NCBI GenBank assembly: GCA_963822585.1
Contig: CAWGIE010000026.1
Coordinates: 64,001-128,000, forward strand
Length of the DNA: 64,000 nucleotides
Origin: an uncultured bacterium
GTDB lineage: Bacteria > Auribacterota > Erginobacteria > Erginobacterales > Erginobacteraceae
Direction of reading: 5' to 3'
The position numbers were made by a program, and so were the translations under genes. Every line of letters begins with the position of its first letter. Position 1 is the first letter of the stretch. The notes beneath the pieces are model-generated. The model was not told the DNA's origin and did no database searches. It saw only the letters and a program-made list of their open reading frames with translations. This document shows, in pieces, positions 9,756-18,616 of the stretch.

Positions 9756-11039
9756 TTATATCCTCGTCTTTACCTCTTCGATAAAATCCTCAACCTCCTG
9801 GGGAAGGGCCCAGTTGTAAATGTACTTCAGTTTACTGAGGAGACTGACGGTAAGGTACACCCCGGCGGCGTAACTGTGTCCGGCGATCCGGCAGGGCTTT
9901 CCCTTGATTGATTTCAAGCCCCGGAGAGCGTCAACTTTGAACTTTCTCTCCTTCCCTCCCCGGATGCTGAGACGGTCGTTCTTCAAAACCATGATGTAGA
10001 AATCGGGGTTGTGATACTGGACGATATCGTATCCGATGGAAGCGGGGGGATTGTGCCGGGCGAACTTCCGTTTCAGGTCCCCCTCCGCGTCGTATTCCTC
10101 CCGGAAGACCCGGAGATCCACGATTAGGAACTTCATCCCCGACTGGGTCTTCTCCTCCCGGTGCTTCCCCTCGGCGAACTTTTTGTAAATGACCTCCTCG
10201 TCCGCCATCCGCTTGATCTTAAACTTGTCGGCCACGGAAAGGGATCGGTCGGCGGCAATCTTGGTGATCAGGTCGGCGATCTCGCCGGCCGAAGGAGCGC
10301 TCTGGACGGAGAGGATAAGCAGCCGCCAGTTCTTTCCCCAGGCTTCTTCTTCCGGCTTGAGCTTGTTATTGATCAGGCGCATCAGCTGGGCGGCGTAAGG
10401 GTCGTCTTCGCCGGTGATTCTCTTGAAGACGATATCGGCCGCGTTCTGGAAGTGCGGGTTGACGATCAGGTCGGCGCAATCCCGTTCCGCGGTATCGATG
10501 CTCAGAGGACTCCAGGGGTGATGGTCGTACCAGTAAATCTTTACCCCGGCCTTCTGGAGATCGATCAGAGCGTCCTCGATATCGGCCAGGTTCTCGCTGG
10601 TGATCCCCACGTCCGTAATGAAGAGACGCTGGGGTTTATCCGGGTTTTTGGCCAGAGACCGGAGAGCGTACTGGATGCCGCGGGCGGTTGTCACCTGGAC
10701 CTTGGCCAGGGGAGAAAAGTGTTTGAGCAGCGCCCCCGAGATGATCCCGTCCCAGTCGTTATGGGTGATGATATGATCGAAGATTTCGGATGATCGGGGG
10801 ATATCCAGCTTGGTCAGTTCCAGCGAAGCCGGTGCCGGGGCTGCCTCACCCGCTTCCGCGTATTGTTCATCTTCGATATTTCCCACCTCCATCAGAGGGT
10901 CTTCTTCGTGCTCCTCTTCCGTCGCCAGCTCCTGCCAGTCGCCGGCCTTTTTCCTGAGCAGGCGGGTCAGATCGAGCGCGAGCAGCAGGAAAATGACGAA
11001 AGCTACTCCTCCGACTATAAACAGGATATGAGGATCCAT
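9756..11039 (-). CDS. Membrane-anchored DHH-family phosphoesterase (NrnA/RecJ superfamily)
   Basis: N-terminal TM; THNDWDG, FITDVG, WYDHH; C-terminal AGHSYAAG (DHHA1-like). Confidence 0.75.
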   Translation of the reverse strand: MDPHILFIVGGVAFVIFLLLALDLTRLLRKKAGDWQELATEEEHEEDPLMEVGNIEDEQYAEAGEAAPAPASLELTKLDIPRSSEIFDHIITHNDWDGIISGALLKHFSPLAKVQVTTARGIQYALRSLAKNPDKPQRLFITDVGITSENLADIEDALIDLQKAGVKIYWYDHHPWSPLSIDTAERDCADLIVNPHFQNAADIVFKRITGEDDPYAAQLMRLINNKLKPEEEAWGKNWRLLILSVQSAPSAGEIADLITKIAADRSLSVADKFKIKRMADEEVIYKKFAEGKHREEKTQSGMKFLIVDLRVFREEYDAEGDLKRKFARHNPPASIGYDIVQYHNPDFYIMVLKNDRLSIRGGKERKFKVDALRGLKSIKGKPCRIAGHSYAAGVYLTVSLLSKLKYIYNWALPQEVEDFIEEVKTRI

Positions 11040-11214
11040 GTGATCTCCTCTCTCTGGTTATGCTATTTATTAAACGTAGCGATTAAAAAACTACGAATTA
11101 CGCTCATTACACGAATATATTTTCCAATATCCCGGCAATGTTGTTTCACTGCTTGCATGCTCTTATTTTTTTGCCCCGCCACTGCGTACTTATCGGGGAG
11201 GAAAAAATAAGAAG

Positions 11215-12171
11215 TTATTCTTCGGTTGGCACGGGACTATCTTCCTCGTAACCGGTGGTCACCTCGTAAGTCTTGCCGTCGGTGAGTACCGTGATGTTTC
11301 CCTGGTAATCGGTCCGGTAGATATCGGCTCCGGTCTCCCGGAAAAGCTGTATCGGCCCCCAGTGGGGATGATCGAACTTGTTTCTCTTCCCGGCGGAGAT
11401 GGTGACGACCTCCGGGTCGCACAGGTAGTAAAAAAGCGGGCCGCTCGCCGTCTTCGAGCCGTGGTGGCCGGCTTTCAGGATCGTGCTTTTCAGGCGGGCC
11501 CCGGAGGAGATGATGACGTTTTCCTCTTCATGCTCGCAGTCACCGGTAAAGAGGAAGGAAACGTCGCCGTATTCCAGCCGGATGACGATCGAGTTATTGT
11601 TCAGGTCCAGATGCTCCCTTCTCGCTACCGGTCCCGAAGGGGCAAGCACCTGGGCGGTGACGAACTTCCCCCAGTCCAGGATCTGCCCGGCATCCGCTAT
11701 CTGGAAGGGAATTTTCTTCTTCTCGATTGCCGCTATGTAATCTTTATAGGTACCGGTCGTATGGACGATGCCGCAGTCGAGCACCATCCCGATCGGGAAC
11801 TTACTGTTTAATACCGCCACCAGGCCGCCCGTATGGTCGTAATCGGGATGAGTGGCGACCACGACGTCGATTTTTTTCACCCCCTGGCTCTCCAGGTAGG
11901 GGAGAACAACCTCCACCCCGGCGTCGAAGGGCGAATAACGGGTGGCCGACTGCCCCCCGTCGATAACGATGACTTTCCCGTCCGGGGTTTGGATAACCTC
12001 GGAATCGCCCTGGCGGATATTCAGGAAGGTTACTTTGAGTATATGCTCCCCTTCCAGGGCCGGAGTGGGGGATGGAACAAAGAGATACAACACGCTGACA
12101 AAAATCAGCAGAATGAGCACATCAAATCGTTTTAATCTTTTCACGGCATCCCCGTCATTGTTCACAGTCAA
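11215..12171 (-). CDS. ComEC/Rec2-type metallo-beta-lactamase-fold nuclease (stand-alone, N-terminal anchor)
   Basis: QGDS, IDGG, THPDYDHTGG, FTGD, KAGHHGS, NKFDHPH, YRTD.QG. Confidence 0.9.
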   Translation of the reverse strand: MTVNNDGDAVKRLKRFDVLILLIFVSVLYLFVPSPTPALEGEHILKVTFLNIRQGDSEVIQTPDGKVIVIDGGQSATRYSPFDAGVEVVLPYLESQGVKKIDVVVATHPDYDHTGGLVAVLNSKFPIGMVLDCGIVHTTGTYKDYIAAIEKKKIPFQIADAGQILDWGKFVTAQVLAPSGPVARREHLDLNNNSIVIRLEYGDVSFLFTGDCEHEEENVIISSGARLKSTILKAGHHGSKTASGPLFYYLCDPEVVTISAGKRNKFDHPHWGPIQLFRETGADIYRTDYQGNITVLTDGKTYEVTTGYEEDSPVPTEE

Positions 12172-12281
12172 CCCGATTTATTTCCGTCGAAAGCCGGGCT
12201 GCGGTCATCGGGTTGCAGCGGCGATAATTTCCGAAGCGCGCGGACTCTCGCCCGCGCGCTTCGGAAATTGCCGATTGCGGT

Positions 12282-12560
12282 TTACTCAGCCGCCGCCGGG
12301 TTGCAGACCAGACCGGAGTCGATCATCTTCTGAAGGGTCTTCATCCCGATGCCTTTGACGCGGGTCACGTCATTGACGCTCGAGAAGGGACCGTTCTCAT
12401 TCCGATAATCGATAATCTTCTGGGCGGTCTTGGGACCGATCCCTTTGATGGCCGTCAGTTCCGACGCGGTCGCGGTATTGACATCGACCTCGGCCAGCAG
12501 GGGAGCGGCGATCGCCAGGGCCAGAAGAGCAATCATACTGCATGCAATGATTGATCTCAT
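12282..12560 (-). CDS. comEA: ComEA-family helix-hairpin-helix DNA-binding protein
   Basis: Signal peptide; VNTATASELTAIKGIGPKTAQKIIDYR...VKGIG; GGAGG RBS. Confidence 0.9.
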   Translation of the reverse strand: MRSIIACSMIALLALAIAAPLLAEVDVNTATASELTAIKGIGPKTAQKIIDYRNENGPFSSVNDVTRVKGIGMKTLQKMIDSGLVCNPAAAE

Positions 12561-12703
12561 ACTGGTTTTCCTCCTGTTATTTACGCCCTGTTCGGGCTTG
12601 TTTATCGTGCCGACACGGCACGCGATATTTTGCATATGGCTCGGCCGCGATCTCCCGGCCGGCAAACAATTAATATCTTTTCGTATGTCTGTTCTCTTTC
12701 CGT

Positions 12704-12985
12704 TTAGGGATTCCCGGCATATAGTCCCTGTTTTTTCAGGGATTCAATCATTCCCTTGTCCACCCCCAGGACGCGCCGCTGCAGGTCATCGAGAGAACGA
12801 TAAGGGCCGTTTGCCCGGCGTTCGGCAATAAACTTGGCGGCGATCTTGGGGCCGATCCCCGGCAGGCTCTGGAGTTCCTGGCTGCCGGCGGTGTTAAGAT
12901 TGACCCCGGACTGCGCCAGGCTCCTCCCGTCCGCCAAAAGGGCCGCCGCGATAATCAGCGCCGCAAGAATATAACCTCGTATCAT
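12704..12985 (-). CDS. comEA: Second ComEA-family HhH protein
   Basis: Signal peptide; NLNTAGSQELQSLPGIGPKIA. Confidence 0.85.
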   Translation of the reverse strand: MIRGYILAALIIAAALLADGRSLAQSGVNLNTAGSQELQSLPGIGPKIAAKFIAERRANGPYRSLDDLQRRVLGVDKGMIESLKKQGLYAGNP

Positions 12986-13065
12986 TGTCGTGAATCGTTT
13001 ACCACTTTAGACGTTACAGTATGGTTTCTATTCTATTATATTTTCCCGGAGGGAAAATAAATATG

Positions 13066-16000
13066 TTACATCCCTCCGCCCACCTCCATCGCTTTCTCCA
13101 CGGTTTCGCCCTCCGCTCCCTCCCCGGGCTGTTCCAGGGAGGTTATCACCCGGTAGTTCTCCCCGTCGGTGATGACGGTGACGGCCCCCATCTCTTTGGT
13201 GTTATAGGATGCGATCCCCTGCGCCTGACAGAAGTCCCACGCTTCCAGAAACTTCTTGCTCGGGCGCCCGAAGCTCCCGCCCGGGTACTGGAAGACGGCG
13301 ACCTTCGGTTTGACCAGCTGCAGAAGGATAATGGGATCGAAGTATTTCCCCCCCTTTCCGAACTGCGGAGCCTGGTAGATGGTGGCTCCCAGGCCGCCCT
13401 TGACGTTCTGGGCCAGGTTGTTGGCGCCTTCATTGTCAAGGAGGCTGGGGAAGATGAAGGAGACGTCCCCGTATCGGAGGGAGACGACCACCGAGTTCAC
13501 CTCGTTGACGTACTTCCCGGTCACCCGTTCCGCGGGCGGGTTGAGGATGGTGGCCTCCAGGACCAGGGGTTTATCCTTGCCTTCCGCGCTCTCAACGGTC
13601 CGGATCTTCTCCGGTTCGATGATCACGATCCCCTGGTTTGCCGGGCTGACCGGAATATTCTGGGTCCGGGCCGAGAAGAGCAGGTAGTGATACTGCATGA
13701 ACATCTCATCGCCCCGGTAGAGTTTGTCATCGGGATTTTCGCTCTTGAAACCGATGGCGGCGATGAAGAGATCGTAGAGTTCCATCCGGTAGGCGATCAG
13801 CTCATCGATATCCGCGACCACCCCTCCCTGTTCATAAACAAACCACTGGAACTGCTGGGGGAGGTTGGAGACGAAGCCGTGATATTCGTCCGGAGGCAGC
13901 ACCGGGAGTTTCCACTTTTTAGCCAGGGCTTCCGCCTCTTCCCGGGTGAACTCTTCATCCGGATGGAGCCACTTCTCGGTGGAGATGATGGACTCGAGTA
14001 ATTTCTCATGCCCCTCCGCCTCCTTCTCCTTCAGAGTCTGGATGGCGTCTTCGGTGATCGTCATGGGGTCGTATTTCGGATTCGGTTCCCGGGGAAGGGT
14101 CTGGAGGGCGGCGGTTATCTCATCGTCGGGTATCTTCCGGAAATAGGTCATGAACTGCAGGGCGTCCTCCGGCTGAAAGAGATCCAGGAGGAGCAGCCGG
14201 TAATACCGCTCGGCGTCGCCTTGATAGGCGGGGGCGAGGGCGATGGCGAACCGGTTCAGGTTGATGTCATTCGGCCCGAATTCGGAAGGAGACAGGCAGG
14301 TGTAAAGGCGTTTGATATAGTAATCGTGCGATCCGACGATATAATTCAGCCCTCCCAGAACCCGGGCGTCGGGACTGGTGTTGATGACCGCGTCGAAAGA
14401 AACGATCTTTTCCGAGAGCAGCACCTCCTCGGCGGTCCGCTGTCCCTGGTTCAGATACGAATACCTTTTCTTGTAGAACTCCCAGCCTGCCGAACCCCCG
14501 TCGATGAGAACGTTGTCTCCATTGGGAGCCTCGATCAGGGCGCACATCCCGTCCTTCCATCCCATCGACATGAAGATTACCTTGAGCTCGGGGATGCTGG
14601 AAGAGATGAACCCCGTCGCCGTGAACACGATCCCGATCAAGAGGGCGCCCAGGGCTCCGTAAACCCGCAGCCGGCAGGGCGCGTCGGCCATGGATCTTTT
14701 TACCCGGACATAGGCGATCTTCAGACTGAGAATAATCTTTTCCCGGTAGATGAAGAAGGCGACGACCAGGTAGAAGACAACCAGCGGGATCGGCCCCGGT
14801 TTGGGAACCTGGGGATAGGGGAAGGTCCGGGCGAAGAAATCATCCATCCAGATAAAGAAATGCATCCCCACCCAGTTGGCCGCGGTGATGAGCAACCCCA
14901 CCGGCATGCCGATCAGGGGGATAAAGGCGATCAGGGTGGCCAGCATTCCCAGGGGGAGAATGATCCCGATCAGCGGGATGGCGATGAAATTGGCGAAGGG
15001 GGCGGCCAGGGACATGCGATGGAAGATGACCATGGAGAGTGGAACAATACTGCACTGGATGGCGACCTGGGCGGCGATGAAGGTTCGGAGCCATCTCCCC
15101 GGGATCTTGCTGAAGCGGGGCCGGAAGGGGATCACCTGCTGGATCAGGAAGGAGACCGGGATGGCGATCAGGAAGCCCCAGAAGAGCTTCGCTTTCAGTA
15201 CCCCCCAGGGGTTTCCCAGGTTCATGAAGATCAGCCCGGCGAAAACGGCTATCGCCGCGAAGGTGACCAGGCTGTAGAGGTTATTGAGCTTGAAGTTGAA
15301 GAAATCCTCGATCGGTCCGCTGAGGAGTCCCAGGAAGAGAACGGCGGAAAAAGACATCAGGAACGAGGCTGAGGGCAGGATCAGGGGGCCGCCGTAACCC
15401 GCGGGAAGGAAACAGATGATGACGATGGCGGCGAAGCAGATCGACATGATCAGGGATTTCTGGATGTTTTTGCCGAAATAAGTAAAGAAGATGAGCACGA
15501 AGCTGTTCATGGTGGCGGCCCGCAGGGTTGACGGGCGGGCCCCCGTTATGATCGTGAAGACCAGCAGGAAGAGCACCGCGATCGGCGCCCAGATGGATTT
15601 CGGGATCGGGGTCTGGTTGAAGATGAGGAGGAGCAGTCCGGCGATAATGGTCACGTGCAGCCCGGAAACGGCGAAGACGTGGGCGGTACCGGACGCCTGG
15701 GAATCCCTGACGATCTTGTCGGGGACGCCCTTCTTCAGCCCGATGAAGATGCCGGAGAGAAAACCCGATTCCGGAAAGGGAGTGGTCTGACGGATGACGC
15801 CCAGGAGTTCGTATTTGATCCCCATGCACCAGTTGATGAAGAAGTTGCCGCCGGAGGGCTTGATGATCTCGATGGTGTCGAGCTGCTTGGTGGTCCAGTT
15901 TTCCTTTCCCTGGATCCGCATCGTGGTGAAGGTGTTGACGGACTCCAGGTAAGCGCGGTAGTCGAAACCGCCCGGGTTCTCCGCCGGGGGAGGTGTCTGG

Positions 16001-16908
16001 AGAGGGGCGAGGATTCTGACCGTGTCCCCGTACGCCCGCCAGTCGGAGACGGCGGGGTAAATCTCGTCCCGGTTGAGGTCTTTATCGACGACGGTGACCA
16101 GTATCCAGCCGGCGTCGATCCGGCTTATCCATCCTTTCACGGGGTCGGGCGGTCCCAGTTCATCCACCGACATCTGGATGACCTCGATATCCTTGCTCGA
16201 AGGGGTATAGTCGCCGCGGGCGAATTCCTTCCGGATGATCTCGGCGGGGTCGGCCTTCGGATCTGCGGCCAAACGGTCACGGACCCGGAGGAGGGCGAGA
16301 AGAGCTTCCTCATCGGTGTCCCATTCCCGGTTGAGTCCGTTCATTTCGCTGATGATCTGTTCGATGGTGCTGAGGCCTTTCGGGTTCTTGTCGATCTTGG
16401 CCACGATGTAAGGCTCGACGGTCAGGCGGGTGTCCTCTTTTTCCGGCCGGACTTCCGGCTCCTTAACGATCATCCCGTAGACCAGGCTCTGGGTATTTTT
16501 ATCGTCTCCGCCCCAGTGGACCAGGTGGGTCAACGATGTCCGGTCGAGGTGTACGCAGGTGAGGCCGTATCCCAGAACCAGCGCGCTCAGTATCCAGAAG
16601 GGGAGCGCTTTGAGCTTAATGAACCAGAAGACGATCGAGATCAGGAAGAGCGCCGCGAATATCCCCATCAGGTACATGTTCAGCCCGGTTGCGGTCGGCA
16701 AGGCCAGCATAAAAACACAGATGGCGGCACAGAGCAGGAGGAAAGACAGGACCCGGAAGCGGTAGATGAAGGAGACGATCACGCCCAGGAGCAGAAAGCC
16801 GGCGGCGATAATGGGAGGGGTGGAGAGTTCGAATGAATCCGGGTGAATCAACCGCATGAGAATGCCGAGAGCGAGAAAGGCGGAAAAAGAAACGATATAT
16901 GTTTGCAT
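13066..16908 (-). CDS. comEC: DNA internalization competence protein ComEC/Rec2, enlarged (1280 aa)
   Basis: NPGGFDYRAYL, GTAHVFAVSGLHV, GARPSTLRAA, SFLMSFSAV, ANFIAIP; C-terminal MBL-like domain with degenerate metal ligands. Confidence 0.9.
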   Translation of the reverse strand: MQTYIVSFSAFLALGILMRLIHPDSFELSTPPIIAAGFLLLGVIVSFIYRFRVLSFLLLCAAICVFMLALPTATGLNMYLMGIFAALFLISIVFWFIKLKALPFWILSALVLGYGLTCVHLDRTSLTHLVHWGGDDKNTQSLVYGMIVKEPEVRPEKEDTRLTVEPYIVAKIDKNPKGLSTIEQIISEMNGLNREWDTDEEALLALLRVRDRLAADPKADPAEIIRKEFARGDYTPSSKDIEVIQMSVDELGPPDPVKGWISRIDAGWILVTVVDKDLNRDEIYPAVSDWRAYGDTVRILAPLQTPPPAENPGGFDYRAYLESVNTFTTMRIQGKENWTTKQLDTIEIIKPSGGNFFINWCMGIKYELLGVIRQTTPFPESGFLSGIFIGLKKGVPDKIVRDSQASGTAHVFAVSGLHVTIIAGLLLLIFNQTPIPKSIWAPIAVLFLLVFTIITGARPSTLRAATMNSFVLIFFTYFGKNIQKSLIMSICFAAIVIICFLPAGYGGPLILPSASFLMSFSAVLFLGLLSGPIEDFFNFKLNNLYSLVTFAAIAVFAGLIFMNLGNPWGVLKAKLFWGFLIAIPVSFLIQQVIPFRPRFSKIPGRWLRTFIAAQVAIQCSIVPLSMVIFHRMSLAAPFANFIAIPLIGIILPLGMLATLIAFIPLIGMPVGLLITAANWVGMHFFIWMDDFFARTFPYPQVPKPGPIPLVVFYLVVAFFIYREKIILSLKIAYVRVKRSMADAPCRLRVYGALGALLIGIVFTATGFISSSIPELKVIFMSMGWKDGMCALIEAPNGDNVLIDGGSAGWEFYKKRYSYLNQGQRTAEEVLLSEKIVSFDAVINTSPDARVLGGLNYIVGSHDYYIKRLYTCLSPSEFGPNDINLNRFAIALAPAYQGDAERYYRLLLLDLFQPEDALQFMTYFRKIPDDEITAALQTLPREPNPKYDPMTITEDAIQTLKEKEAEGHEKLLESIISTEKWLHPDEEFTREEAEALAKKWKLPVLPPDEYHGFVSNLPQQFQWFVYEQGGVVADIDELIAYRMELYDLFIAAIGFKSENPDDKLYRGDEMFMQYHYLLFSARTQNIPVSPANQGIVIIEPEKIRTVESAEGKDKPLVLEATILNPPAERVTGKYVNEVNSVVVSLRYGDVSFIFPSLLDNEGANNLAQNVKGGLGATIYQAPQFGKGGKYFDPIILLQLVKPKVAVFQYPGGSFGRPSKKFLEAWDFCQAQGIASYNTKEMGAVTVITDGENYRVITSLEQPGEGAEGETVEKAMEVGGGM

Positions 16909-16933
16909 GGAAAAACCCCGGATCGTTTGCGGT

Positions 16934-17077
16934 TTAGTGTTGGGCCAAGCTGGAATAAAAGTCCCTGTTGGAAACCAGGTTGTAGTCCCGGCGGTAGTTC
17001 TTATTCAAGATCAAAACCACCGCTCCGATCAGGGCGGCGACTACCAGCAGGTAGAAAAGGGTTTTGGCGCTTCCCAT
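16934..17077 (-). CDS. 47-aa single-TM protein (below ORF-track cutoff)
   Basis: AAGGAG RBS; MGSAKTLFYLLVVAALIGAVVLILNKNYRRDY...; fills the pdp-comEC gap. Confidence 0.55.
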   Translation of the reverse strand: MGSAKTLFYLLVVAALIGAVVLILNKNYRRDYNLVSNRDFYSSLAQH

Positions 17078-17095
17078 AATGCGGGCTCCTTGAAT

Positions 17096-18424
17096 TTAAG
17101 AAAAGTTTTTTACACCGTCTTTATCGACTACTTTATAAATTATCGGGGGGGGCTGGCAAGGAGAATCTTTTATCTCCACCGCCCGGAGAGCCCGGTCTGC
17201 GATCGCTTCCAGACCGGTCTCTTTGTTGGTGAAGAGAGTCAGCAGGGTATCGCCCGCCTTGACCCGGTCCCCGATTTTACGCTCGAAGATAATCCCCGCG
17301 CTCATGTCAATCTCATCGTCGGTCTTCGCCCGGCCGGCGCCCAGGGCTACGCAGATCATTCCCATCTCCAGGGTATCGATGGCGTGGACGAAGCCGGCAG
17401 CCCCGGCCTGAACCGAGATTTTTCTGCCGGCCGGCGGAAACAGCCCGGGGTCGTCTATGTAGGCGGTATCCCCTCCCTGGGCGGCGACCATCTCCTTGAA
17501 TTTGAGGAACCCCTTGCCTTCCCGAAGCGCTTTGCCCGCCAGTTCTTTTCCTTCCTCGATGGAGGAGGCTTTTTCTCCCATCTGGAGCATCATGCCGGCG
17601 ATCTCCATCACCACCGTCATCAGGTCATCGGGACCCTCGCCTTTCAGGCAGGCGATGGTTTCTACTATCTCCAGAGCGTTTCCGGCGTAGCAGCCGAGCG
17701 GCTGGTTCATGTCGGTGATCAGTGCCTGCGCTTTCCGTCCGGAAAGGATTGCGACATCGACCAGTGTCCGGGCCATCTCTTCGGCCATTGAAAGCGTCTG
17801 CATGAACGCGCCTCGGCCGGTCTTGACATCAAAGACAAACGCGTCCGGGCCGGCGGCCAGTTTTTTGCTCATGATCGATCCGGCGATCAGGGGTATGCTG
17901 TCCACGGTGGCGGTGACATCCCGCAGCGCGTACATCTTCTTGTCGGCCGGGGCCAGGGAGCGGGTCTGTCCGATGATAGCCACGCCGACCTCTTTGACCT
18001 GGCGGATGAACTCTTCTTCGGAGAGATTGACCCGGAACCCGGGGATCGCCTCCAGTTTGTCCAGCGTCCCTCCGGTATGTCCCAGGCCGCGGCCGCTCAT
18101 CATGGGGACGGGGACCCCCAGGGCCGCGACCAGGGGAGCCAGAACCAGGCTCACCTTGTCGCCGACGCCGCCGGTGCTGTGCTTGTCCACGGTGATGCGT
18201 CCGATCGAGGAAAGGTCGATCTTGCCGCCGGAATCCAGCATCGCCCGGGTCAGGGCGGTGGATTCTTCCGGCGACATCCCCCGGATAAAAACCGCCATCA
18301 TCCAGGCGGCCATCTGATAGTCGGGGATAGTGCCTTCTGTATAGCCGTTAATGAAGTAGATTATTTCTTCCGGGGAGAGTTCTCCGCCGTCCCTCTTCTT
18401 CATGATGATTTCATAAGGGGTCAT
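17096..18424 (-). CDS. pdp: Pyrimidine-nucleoside/thymidine phosphorylase
   Basis: DKHSTGGVGDK, SGRGLGHTGGTLDKLE, ALRDVTATV, SIMSKKLA. Confidence 0.96.
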   Translation of the reverse strand: MTPYEIIMKKRDGGELSPEEIIYFINGYTEGTIPDYQMAAWMMAVFIRGMSPEESTALTRAMLDSGGKIDLSSIGRITVDKHSTGGVGDKVSLVLAPLVAALGVPVPMMSGRGLGHTGGTLDKLEAIPGFRVNLSEEEFIRQVKEVGVAIIGQTRSLAPADKKMYALRDVTATVDSIPLIAGSIMSKKLAAGPDAFVFDVKTGRGAFMQTLSMAEEMARTLVDVAILSGRKAQALITDMNQPLGCYAGNALEIVETIACLKGEGPDDLMTVVMEIAGMMLQMGEKASSIEEGKELAGKALREGKGFLKFKEMVAAQGGDTAYIDDPGLFPPAGRKISVQAGAAGFVHAIDTLEMGMICVALGAGRAKTDDEIDMSAGIIFERKIGDRVKAGDTLLTLFTNKETGLEAIADRALRAVEIKDSPCQPPPIIYKVVDKDGVKNFS

Positions 18425-18616
18425 ATATTTTTTCTCCTTATTATAATGAGCGACTTCGCCGCTCATTAAGTGAGTTATTTTATCTTACGATAAAATTAGA
18501 TTGTTTAATTATTTTTTCTTCTCTTCACGTACGCCGGGATAAGAACAAGAATTCTAAAAACAATCTCTTGTCCCCGTCAAGCGATAATTAATTTCTTCGG
18601 GCGTGTCCCGGAAAAA

